This document shows, one piece after another, positions 51,620-62,803 of a stretch of 64,000 bases of DNA. Numbering within the stretch: position 1 is the first letter of the stretch; every line of letters begins with the position of its first letter. The position numbers were made by a program, and so were the translations under genes. The stretch is from Anthoceros angustus (lineage: Eukaryota > Plantae > Anthocerotophyta): assembly GCA_010909165.1 (NCBI GenBank), contig MU008151.1, positions 1,106,090 through 1,170,089 of the forward strand, written 5' to 3'. The notes under the pieces are model-generated. The model was not told where the DNA came from, did not search any database, and saw nothing but the letters and a program-made list of their open reading frames with translations.

Positions 51620-53332
51620 AGGATCCGACTCGAGGAGTCGGATTCTTTGTTCCCTTCACCATAGCCGCCGGTAATGGTGACGCTCTTCCTGGGAGACGAC
51701 AGTTGACCTGGGAAACTCCTGATACAGCAAGCAATTACAACTACCTTGGAAGGAGGTTACAGTGTCTTGACAAGACGAAGACGTTTCTTGGTCCAGGCTT
51801 TTTTCCTAGATTCCAAGTACGATGACTACCAACATGTCTTTGTTTTGATGGTGTGTGTCTTCAACCTGTCTACTGACATTGTGGAGGTTTGCGTATTGCA
51901 GGTCTGCCTTCGAAAGGATTTGTTTACGGGATTCCATGGCTTGCAACCTCATCAATATCGTATTGAACGCAACCTCATCAAGTTTTGTGTGATGGTATGG
52001 ATGTGTTTTGGAAAGCAGTGGGGATATCGGAGAGGACACCGGAGACATCGGTGACCATATTGATATTCTGGTGAGGTCATCCAAGAGCAGAGATGAAACT
52101 ATCGAGTTTCTCAAGGAACATGTGGTTGCAAAGCTGAAATCTTTTTGTGCTTCCCCTGAAGGCAGTCCGGGAGTCGAGCTTGTGGAAGGAATTATCAGGA
52201 CAGAGTGTGTCGAAAACCTCACACTCTGTATCTACCGGCATAACCAGTCAGTGCTAACGCAGGATTTGCTCATGTGTGTTTTTGCAGTCCAACAAGACTG
52301 TACAGGGGAGATTTTCTCCTCAATGGATCTGGCCGACTTCAGCTGGTCGTGGCCAGCATGGCCGACTTCAGCTGGTCGTGGCCAGCATGTCTTCAAACCA
52401 TATCCAACATAGATGCAGCTGTAGAGGAAGTCCTGCCTACAGAGAAAGGGGTGCTCGCACAACAAGACGCACCAGTTCAAACGTCTCGGTTTGTCAGTAT
52501 CCGACGTACTATATCCCTCCCTGGAACTAGTCACTCGGAGATGGGGGAGCAACTGTTGCAAACCATCAATCAAGGGATAAGAGATTTGAAGCAAGAGGTG
52601 AAAGCAGTGGGAGTCAAAGTGGATAGAATTGGTGAGACTTTGCAACTTATCCAACATGAGATTAGCGCTATCAAGGCTGGGCAGGAAGCTACTCTACAAT
52701 TCTTGCTTTCTAAGATGGATGAGATTATGAATTTCTCTGCAGAATTAGAAAGCAGTCAGATACCCAGACGTCCCTACATCACCACTGCAGACGTGGGTTT
52801 AGAACATAAATTGATTGCAGGGGTGCGTGTGGGCAAAGCGGCTAAGCTGCACTTCATGTGCGAAAACATCTTTGGGAATCACATCGTGGAGGGCCAAACT
52901 GGATTCGACTTGACATTGGAGGATGCGAAGTGGAGGTGGATCAGGCCCTTAGCAATCAACGGTGCAAAGCTATTTCCCTTCCTGGCCAAGGCTGGCCTAC
53001 ACGCGGCTGCCGGCATTGGGGGTGCGGTTCCCGACCCTTCTACCAGCTTGGATGGAGCGGTTTCTCTCGCTGCGGCCTTTGGGAACTCAGCCCTGTCCCA
53101 TTTAAATCTGGATCTGACAGGACCAGCTGCGAGCCAGAACACTCCCGTGCAAGAGGCATTGATTGCTCTGAAGAATCTGTTGCAGCCGTTGCTGAGGGAT
53201 GAAATGGCCGACAAATTCCAACTGCACAAGGTGCAATATCGGAAACGGCAGGATGGAGGACGAGGAGTGGCATGGGTTTGCGAACGGTGTATGCGGAGGG
53301 GAATTAAGAGACAAGACTATCAGCCGCTCTGA
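51620..53332 (+). pseudogene. TRN1-like COR-B + C-terminal region; last ~310 codons open to the natural stop
   Basis: Inverted copy of 46844-48630. Frameshifts near 51800 and 52350. ORF 52274-53332 retains LHFMCE..H and WVCERC. Confidence 0.85.
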
Positions 53333-54929
53333 CGGGAGCAATTAAAACGTAGTGTGTTGCAGCCTAACTTCGGCATTTGCAGGATTTGGAGTGGCGTTTT
53401 GTTCTTCCCTGAAGGCAGTCCGGGAGTCGAGCTTGTGGAAGGAATTATCAGGACAGAGTGTGTCGAAAACCTCACACTCTGTATCTACCGGCAGTCTCAA
53501 TCAGTTCTAACACAGTTTGATGAAGTGCCTTCTTGAATATCAGAAAAGCTTTCCAGGGCAGATTTCCTCCGGCTTGGATTTTCCTGATTATCAATGGTTC
53601 TGGCCAGCAGGCCTGAAGCCCGTCTTTGAGGAAGCCAGGGACCTCTTAAGTACGTAGTCTCTTTCTGATGCGATGATACGATGTGTTACATAGGGGAATC
53701 AGAACCCTTGAGGAAAGGACGTCAACTTAGACAGGTCTACAACGAGAGGGAAATTTGAAGAGTCCATTTGAATTAAACCTACAGAACCACTGTCTACTTC
53801 TTCTCTTAGACTCGTAGAGCAGGAACTACACCAATGCCCACATTCGCTGCTGTTCCAGCAACATTTCGCATTGACGTTGTGTCATTGAACAGTTCAACGA
53901 ATGACATCGTGCCCTGCACCTTGGAGTAATGACTAACACAAATTTGATCTGTGCATCTGTAGATTTTAGTGGTACGAACGTCTTGGGAAGAACAGCCAAC
54001 CGAGCTGGGACAAGCTGCCAAGACTTGGAAATGGCGAAACTTTCTGGTGCAGGTCCTTACTCCTTCAGGTAGTCGGTCTTACAGGCAGCAATTGTTCACT
54101 ACTCATGGTAAGACTTGCCCTGCCAAGGTTTGCAAGTTACTGATGCCATCGTGTGTCCGGAACGCACTTGGTGAAAATACTGGTGTCACATGTACTGCCA
54201 GGATAGCAGGATATGCCCAGCAGGGGCATGGGTTCTGAAGCCTTTGTCTCTATGGTGCGATAAAGGTTAGGCATGGATGTGCGCCTCCTGCACAGGAGGC
54301 ACCAGAACGCTGGAGAAGGATGCAACTTCATGCGCAGACTAGAGAGCAATCAACGTGTTTGTGGCCAGCACTGGTAAAGGACATGGTATGGTAAAGAGTA
54401 TGCTATGTAGCACTGATCGCAGCAAACCTATGAGTTCGTTACACGGCATGTTCTCGATTGCGTTTCTCAGCCAGTTGTGGGACATGGAGCTATTGCAGTT
54501 ATAGATGGTTCCGGTACCGCTGGCATGTTTCGTGCTTCAGGCCTCGTAGATCGTTTGAATTGATAAATTGTCAAGTGTGCAGAGAAACGACAGACCTGCA
54601 AGTTCACAGGTTTTGAAATTGGGGTGTTAGGAAGCTGGAGGTTATATTCATAGTGGATCTCCTGCTCCTGCAATTGGGATTTTGCAGCTGGACTCTGAGG
54701 CCTTCTTTCCCAGGCTTTAGGAAATCCTGCTGTCAGGAGAGATCATGGTTCTCCACAATCTCTGGCAGGTCACTCAAGTTTGCTTTAGACATGTCCAAAG
54801 GGTAACCAATACGCATGGAGGCACGGACTTGTGAAAGCAGTGCGTCCAAGGTGAGAAACCGATTGCAAATCACCTCTTCAATGTCCACTGGCTCACTCGG
54901 CTGCAAGAGACATTGCCTGAAGAGACATC

Positions 54930-55490
54930 GTCATCTGGATGCACTGATGGCAGGCTACCCGCCATGAAGGAGACAGTAAAGTGGACTTTGAGTTGGTCCA
55001 GAGAATGAAACAGGATGGCTTGCAACCAGACGGTATCGCATTCCTCAGTGTACTGACTGTCTGCTGTTGTACAGGACTTGTGAACGAGGGGCGGAAGCCT
55101 TTGAGGCAATGAGCAGACTCCACGGCATAGTTCCCACAGAAAACCACTTCTGGGCCGCATGACGAGTGGATGAGGCAATATGTTTAGTAAGGAGAAAGCC
55201 TTTTCTGTCCAATGCTGCAGTTTGGCACACACTGTTGGGTGCTTGTCGAAAACGGAGCAACGTCGAAGTAGGACTCCATGCTTTCAATGAAGCAATGAAG
55301 CTAGGCAAGAAAGACGCTGCAGCATACATATTGATGTCGAACATATACACCAGTACCCAGATGCAGGATCGGGTACAGACCACTAGAAAAATTAAGGCAT
55401 GGAAGCGGCCAGGTCAGAGCTGATGGACTGATGAGGAAGGACTGGTGCATAGTCGCTTGATTGGGGATGAGAAGCATCCACAACGTCAGG
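54930..55490 (+). pseudogene. PPR C-terminal fragment: L2/S2-E1-E2 plus WW-type PG box
   Basis: DEAICLV..PF.SNAAVWHTLLGACRKRSNVEVG..AAAYILMSNIY..AWKRPGQS*WTDEEGLVHS..IGDEKHPQ. Confidence 0.88.
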
Positions 55491-56769
55491 CAAGCCTAGA
55501 TGAAGGGCTGTCAAGTGTTTTCCAAAACGAGCCACTGAGCAAGTAGAACCTAGAGACTAGGTGCTGGGAAGTGCAGGGAAGTGGACTAGGTGCTGGGAGG
55601 AGGAGCAGAAGGAATTCCTAAGACGTCCTACCAAGTCCGGCAAGCAATCCTGATCTAGTCTTGAAGACTTTACAAACGAGCTCAACGTGCGAAGTGAAGC
55701 CCAAAGCAGGATCCTCCAGAGTGAGCATGCATCAGTGGCCAGGAATGACATCGTGCCCTGCACCTTGGAGTAATGACTAACACAAATTCGATCTGTGCAT
55801 CTGTAGATTTTAGGGGTACCAACGTCTTGGGAAGAACAGCCAACCCGAGCTGGGACAAGCTGCCAAGACTTGGAAAAGGCGAAACTTTCTGATGCAGGTC
55901 CTTACTCCTTCAGGTAGTCGGTCTTACAGGCAGCAATTGTTCACTACTCATGGTAAGACTTGCCTTGCCAAGGTTTGCAAGTTACTGATGCCATCGTGTG
56001 TCCGGAACGCACTTGGTGAAAATACAGGTGTCACATGTACTGCCAGGATAGCAGGATATGCCCAGGGGCATGGGCTCACGAACCTTTGTCTCTATGGTGC
56101 GATAAAGGTTAGGCATGGATGTGCGCGCCTCCTGCAAAGGAAGGCACCATAAATCTGGAGAAGGGGATGCAACTTCATGCGCAGACTAGAGAGCAATCAA
56201 CGTGTTTGTGGCCAGCACTGGTAAAGGAGATGGTATGCTAGAGACATATTATGTAGCACTGTTTGCAGCAAACCTATGAGTTCGTTACACTGCATGTTCT
56301 CGATTGCGTTTCTCAGCCAGTTGTGGGATATGGAGCTATTGCAGTTATAGATAGTTCCGGTACCGGTGACATGTTTCGTGCTTCAGGCCTCGTAGATCGT
56401 TTGAATTGATAAACTGTCAAATGTGCAGAGAAACGACATACCTGCAAGTTCACAGGTTGTGAAATTGGGGTGCTAGCAAGCTGGAGGTTATATTCATAGT
56501 GGACCTCCTGCTCCTGCAATTGGGATTTTGCAGCTGGACTCTGGAAGCCTTCTTTCCCAGGCTTTAGAAAATCCTCTCCCGACATGGTTCTCCACAATCT
56601 CTGGCAGTTCACTCAAGTTTGCTTTAGACATGTCCAAAGGGTAACCAATACACATGGAGGCACGGACTTGTGAAAGCAGTGCGTCCAAGGTGAGAAACCG
56701 ATTGCAAATGACCTCTTAAATGTCCACTGGCTCACTCGGCTAGCAAGAGACATTGGCTGAAGAGACATC

Positions 56770-57035
56770 CGTCATCTGGATGCACTGATTGCAGGCTACA
56801 CCCGCCATGAAGGAGACAGTAAAGTGGACTTTGAGTTGGTCCAGAGAATGAAACAGGATGGCTTGCAACCAGACGGTATCGCATTCCTCAGTGTACTGAC
56901 TGTCTGCTGTTGTACAGGACTTGTGAACGAGGGGCGAGAGCCTCTTGAGGCAATGAGCAGACTCTACGGCATAGTTCCCACAGAAAACCACTTCTGGGCC
57001 GCGCATGACGAGTGGATGAGGCAATATGTTTAGTA
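56770..57035 (+). pseudogene. PPR fragment
   Basis: QRMKQDGLQPDGIAFLSVLTVCCCTGLVNEGR. Confidence 0.8.
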
Positions 57036-57349
57036 AGCCCCTGAAACTGAGCCCCGATGTATCCTCTCTGATGTATACTCTTCTGCCTGGACAGGATAGA
57101 TTTGTGGTTGGTGAAAGTTCCAGAGATGTAGAGAGCTTCCTCTTGACTGCAGCAATAGGGTTCCGTACTTGTCAAGAGATGCAGGGTCCGAGCTGCCGCA
57201 CGGGTATTGGATGGAGAAAGCGATCTCGAAAGCAATAATGACAAACACCTTTGGCTTGTTTGCCAGAGATGTAACTGTTTCCACTGATAAGGTTCGACCC
57301 CTGCTTTCTGTGAGTGACTGTCTCGTCGCTTTCTCAACCAGTCATGGGA

Positions 57350-57690
57350 GAACTATGTTTCAGAGATGCCGAGAAAGGCACAAAATTTATCCTCGCTTTG
57401 GTGGAAGCCATCATTGAGGGCTCTCCAACCGAAGAGATGTCAGGAAGGCATGGTTGTACCCGATTCCGTGACTTTGTGTGGCTCTTGCTGGCATGTGAAA
57501 ATGTGGCATCCTTGGGTGTGGGAAGACAGCCACACAGGCAGATTGTAGGACAGCGGCTCAAAGCTCATGTGTTTGTAGCTGGCAGTTTGATTCACATGTA
57601 TGGGAAGTCCAGCAGCACGGTTGATGCACAGCAGGTGTTTGACGCATTGCCTGAAAGAGACACTGTCATCGGAAAGCACTGACTGCAGGC
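57350..57690 (+). pseudogene. PPR fragment
   Basis: LLLACENVASLGVGRQPHRQIVGQRLKAHVFVAGSLIHMYGKSSSTVDAQQVFDALPERD. Confidence 0.85.
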
Positions 57691-60670
57691 TGCACCTGTG
57701 AATTCAGCACACCAAAGAGTGGTTTTTCGAGTTGTTCTAGAGAATGAAACAGGAAGGCATGTAACGAGATGGTGTCGCATTACTTTTATACTGACAGTGT
57801 GCACAGTCAACTCAACTTCCACTTTCTTTAGCGTAGTGTTGCTGGCCAAAGCCAGCCCAATCATCTCCGGAGGACACAACACAACAGTTTCTGTTCCATC
57901 ACTGTTTCTGTTTCCAGTTCTCACAGCCTCCGGACCAAGGATCAGTCAAGGAGTGTAAGAACGCAACGCAGCGAACAGCACAGATTACTCCGCTGAATCA
58001 TCGTCCAAGCTATGTGCAAGAACGTCGGACCACGTCAAACCTATACCCGCCTTTTTGTCACGATGTACTCCATCTCTGTAGGCCAATTCCATTATCCACA
58101 ACCACCACGCACATGACGATTGAGTTTTTTGTGGTGGAAGCCCAGCCTGTACATATAGAGTTTGGACTTGTCATTCCAACTGTCTTTCTCGATGCAGTTC
58201 ACAGAAGCCTGCAGAATCGTGCATGGGTGAAGGAAGGATTGAAGCAGTCTAATCGTATGGGTGAAGAAAGGGTAGAAGCAGTCTATTCGTGTGGCTGAAG
58301 CAAGCGGGCCTTCCACGAAAGGACGAATTCGGGCTACATGTTGCCTGAATTCCGTACACATTTCCTCACCACCACGACTGATGTCCAGTTTAGATAGATT
58401 CCTATGCTATGCGAAGACGAAGAGCATCCGTACAGAGAGCACAGTGCCTATTCGATCCCAGACATCGGCTGAAGCGAGCCAGTTCCCACTGCCTCCGGAT
58501 CAAGGAAGCCCGACCCCTTGTCCACAAGCTCCCAAAGCTGATCCCCACCTGGACAACTACCATCAATTGTGTAGCCTAAATATTTCTTGTCGGTTCATGA
58601 ATTTTCGTTACAGCCGAGGGGAGCATTGAGCATCCACTCACTCTGAAGTGAGGTGGAAAACTTTGTCAATGAAGGTAGTAAAGTGACAAGCCTGCAAAAC
58701 CTCGCAGTCCAATAAACCTTCCAGCGCTTGGCAGGAAGTACAGTACAAATTTCCAGAACTCAGCGTCTAGTACAGTCCTACGCTCGGCCAACTGAGCTAA
58801 AGTCGGATGTGTGTATGAGCCTGTGGACGTGCCAGTCCTTTGCAGTTATTCAATTCGCATTCAAACATCCTGCAACATTGCAACACCGACAATGTTGCAG
58901 CAACGAGAATCCATTCATGAGAAAGAATGCAGTTATGCCCTTACCTTGCAACCACCAGCATACGTGCAAGCCTGCTATACTTCAGTCACGAATTCTTGCC
59001 AAACGTCTCATATCCAGGCAAAGATAGTCCCATGTGCTAGAAATCCTGAAAAAGAACGGTAGTAGAATGTCGGTTGATGGATCAGCAACGTCCCAAATTT
59101 GCTGGATTATGCAACCCGTCGCAGAGATGGCCATGGACATGGGTAGAGTCATCAAGTCAAGTCTTCTACCGCTCAACTACAGTCCTCAACCAGCTTTGTA
59201 GGATGCCGCACTTAGCACAATGGATGTAAAGCTTCGAGAGTCTGAGTTAGGGACCCCAGGAGCAAGCACCACTTTCGGATTTTGACTTGCCTGACCAGCA
59301 GAGTGGAGTTGGGTGTGAGGCGGCGGACTCAGATGACACCGAGCCTTCGTTGCACAAAAACTCTGCACCCGATGGGCGTGTGAACTCCCAGACTCTGCAC
59401 TCACAGCTCACTAGTCACTGAATGACGAAGAGGTATGATTCCCAGCTAGGGCAGAGCTGGGAGGGATCTTCCAGTCTCATCAGCATGCATGAATGGCCAG
59501 TAACGACATCATGCCCTGCTCCCTGCATTGTTGCCTGCTTGCAAGCTGCAAGGAATGGTGGATTCTGCATGAGATGGTGAGGCATATGCCAGTGTCCACT
59601 GGATTAGGGTGTTGCAGGTGGTTGCAGCCAGGTTGTCAAGGTTCCGATTCGCATTAGCATATGCTACCTTGGTGAGCACGTCTTGTGAGCAACTGCACCG
59701 CATCGGCTTGCTCATCACCTGGCTGCAACAGGCGGGTTGAGGATGATGACATCTACCATTGCGTAGATGCGAAGCAAACGATGTTCCTCGAGTCCCCAGC
59801 TTCTCCGAAGTGGAACCCAAGCTGCGTAGGGTAAAGTATGTACTTCATTAGGTTCAGGACACGGCATCACCTAGAACCTGATTTGCTGCCTTCAGTCGAG
59901 GAGACGAGAGACCTGATGACGTCTAGCACTGCGTAGATGCGAAGCGAACGATGATCCTTAAGTCCGCAGCTTCTCCGAAGTGGAAATCAAGCCTTCTTAG
60001 GGTAAAGTTGTACTTCAGTAGGTTCAGGACACGGCATGGCCTAGCACCTAATTCGCTGCCTTGAGTCGAGGAGACGACTCTCCTTTTCCTGAGTTGGTCC
60101 AGCCCTTTGCCTGCAGGGATTCCAGAAACAGAACAGAGATGGATGGAGGAAGTCCGGTGCGAAGCCAGTCTTATCCCGTTCGGGGCGTGGACGCGTTCGC
60201 CACAGAGACCACCTTTTGCCTCTCTTCTCTGAGAAGCACAGTGTAGCATGGCGGACGAGGCGAAGGGCTGGCGGGCTCTGCCGGCTCGGCGGCGGCGGCT
60301 GCTGGACTGCCTGGCCCGGAATGATTTGGGCAGTCTACCCCGACGTGAAGACGATGAACGGTTTTGTGCGTGTTGCTGTCTTCCTACACACAAGGCTGCC
60401 ACATTTTCACATGCAGGCAAGAGCACACAAATGTCACGGAATTGGGTACAACCAAGCCTTCCTGACATCCTTCTGTTCGAAAACCTCGAGACAATCGCTG
60501 ATAGCATGCAGGGGTCGAACCTCCCCAGCCCTCTTGCTGACGACTTGGCCTCCCTCAACGTTTGAGCCCTTGGCTTCCCCCTCGTGACAACGTCGTCGGC
60601 ACCTCCACAAAGCCACGTCAGTTCTGGCAAACAAGCCAAAGATGTTTGTCGTTAATATTTTCGGAATTAC

Positions 60671-60729
60671 TTTCTTCATAATCTCACTTTCTTCATAATC
60701 TCCCTTTCATCATAATCACTTTCTTCATA
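60671..60729. repeat. ~17-bp tandem repeat (TTTCTTCATAATCTCAC)
   Basis: About 3.5 copies visible. Confidence 0.8.
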
Positions 60730-60769
60730 CACTACCGCGCAGCAGCTCGAATCCTGCCATCTCATGACA

Positions 60770-62736
60770 CGTACTATGGAATACCGATCTCGTCCGGAAG
60801 CCCTTTAGGGTTTTTTTCGATGGTGACACCAGAAGTTTTCCGGCGGGAAAACTTCTTGTGTCACACACTTGATGACATCGGCCGTCGGCGCCTGCCCCTC
60901 GTGTCCCGATCTCGTCACTAAGCCTGTGGTGTCTGTGTGAAGAATCTTTTGTGGTTGTGACACACAATGTTTTCTTTTTTAGGGCTGTCAGGGCATGGGC
61001 CATCGCACATCCATTCGCATGACCCCATTTGCCCGCTGCCATATAAGGAACCACAAGACGCCTTTATGGGAGATAGCGTGGAGGAGCCATCCGCTGACCG
61101 CCATCGCCTTCGCAGCCATACAGCCCTTGTGGTCGATAGCTGAGGCGCCATACGCCTCACGCCGGCTATCGCAGCCATCCAAAGGTGCGACAGTGCCATA
61201 CCATACAGCCTCGCGCGATCAAGACACCATCTTCACACAACCAGCCTTTACATTCGACCACAACAAAGCCACCACTGGGCTCACGTCTCAAAAGGCCAGA
61301 ACAAAGAAATCCACATGGTCAGCGCTCCCAGGTCATGGTGAGCGCACAAAACACTTTTCTGCAGCCTACACCCAGCTCACTTCCGGAAGGGCCGCAAATC
61401 TAGGCCACACGCCCCTCACGCCTAGTGCACCACAGCCCGCAGCAGGGTGATGCAAAGGGGCCCTGATAAGGATGTGAAGATTGTGAGCCTAGGCTCGCGG
61501 CGCAGTGCTCCTATCTGTATCGATGCAAGCATACCGGCGTCATGAAATGATCAGAAAGTGCGAGAGCTGCCCCTCGGTCATGTTGTAAGCCGCTACAGTA
61601 AGTGACCTGGGTTTTGCTTCATCTATGCTCCTACTCCTACTCGCTCTAAAGCTATCTAATTGCTTTGTGTCTTGACTGCAGGATCTGTCTTGAGGATTAA
61701 GGAGGATGCTGCTCCTCCAAGATTACATGTGTAGTGAGGACTGATGACGAAGGCCTCCAGCCCTCCGACTCGAGAATCCAAAGGAAGTGTCCTCCGAGAC
61801 CAGTATAAATGAACTGAGCCGGATTAGGTAGTGGCATGTAGGCTAGTTGGGGTTAGATAGGAAAGTTCCAGACTCTCCTAACCCCGCACGTCGAACATGC
61901 TTCTCGCAACTCTTTGAAAGAGCTGCTAATATATCCGCAGGGTTTTCTTGTGTAGGCACATACTCCGAGCTTTTCGCTAACCTTCCGCTTGCGCTTGGGA
62001 TGCCGTGTTTGAGCTCGTGAAGTGAGATCAAGATTCGGAAGTGAGATGAGGAGTCAAAGTGTGAGCCCTCTTCACTCGTAAGGTCACCAGAGGATCCTTC
62101 AACCTTAGCACTAAGGATCTAAATACTCCTATGTGTTTTTCGTTGAATCACCTCAATGCGCCATTACACTAATGACATTTCGTCCGCATACATGTCCTTC
62201 AACCTCTTGCAGATTTGTGTGACATTTCAACATTTCAACATGCCTCTACATTTCGGATGTTACGACTAACCATGCTTCGTGGAAATCCTCCTCAAGATTG
62301 GTTTTTTCAGCACTCGCATACTATGTAGATTATCGACGTGAAGGCCTATCGAAACTCTATACCTATCAAGGTTTATTAGAAATTAGCTCACAGGCGAGGT
62401 GCCACCGCGCCCTGATTGGCCATTTCATTAGGCCCCGACTTTGTGCCGCTAATATGCAAGAACTCTGCATATCATTGTATTACAAATCTTTATATGTAGC
62501 CTGCCAATCAGGCAGTTGTTCTAGTGTATTCCCATTGGAATTGCAGAAGGCTGCAATCCAAAAGGAACTACATTAGGATTCCTACCTAGATTCGCAGGTT
62601 GCTATAAAATTTTTCAACTGGTATACGCCCTGGCCTAGGGTTGAACTCACTACTCCAGCCATGGAGTAGCGAGATTGTATACATGTCCTGACCAGGCGGG
62701 TGTCCGCACGCTTTGGTGGCACGCAGCATAAAAAAA
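60770..62736 (+). mobile_element. Unclassified repeat/retroelement-like segment (LTR-like ~61464-62617) ending in A7
   Basis: No coding signal. GCAAAGGGG-CCC-TGA.. PPT-like start, TATAAAT at 61804, ..TTTCAAC-TGGTAT at 62618, structured 3' end. Confidence 0.3.
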
Positions 62737-62803
62737 CCCTAAAACCCTAAAACCCTAAAACCCTAAAACCCTAAAACCCTAAAACCCTAAAACCCTAAAC
62801 CCT
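62733..62803 (-). repeat. Interstitial telomere-type array: (AAAACCCT)8 + AAACCCT, i.e. TTTTAGGG/TTTAGGG on minus
   Basis: Perfect repeats, directly visible. Confidence 0.95.

Noticed and set aside
59912-59950. Hammerhead ribozyme (CTGATGA plus stem); also CTGATGA at 61741
   Set aside because: No GAAA core or stems I/III, and the paralogous copies lack CTGATGA.
60730-60770. CACTA transposon terminus
   Set aside because: CACTAC runs into a known mosaic module (homologous to ~36010-36045 reversed), with no partner TIR.
62618-62700. tRNA gene on the minus strand
   Set aside because: A/B-box-like words are present, but no acceptor stem or anticodon arm can be drawn.
62560-62803. Telomerase RNA gene
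   Set aside because: A template would be ~1.5 repeats with structure 3' of it and a USE/TATA promoter. Here a 9-unit array lies 3' of the structure.
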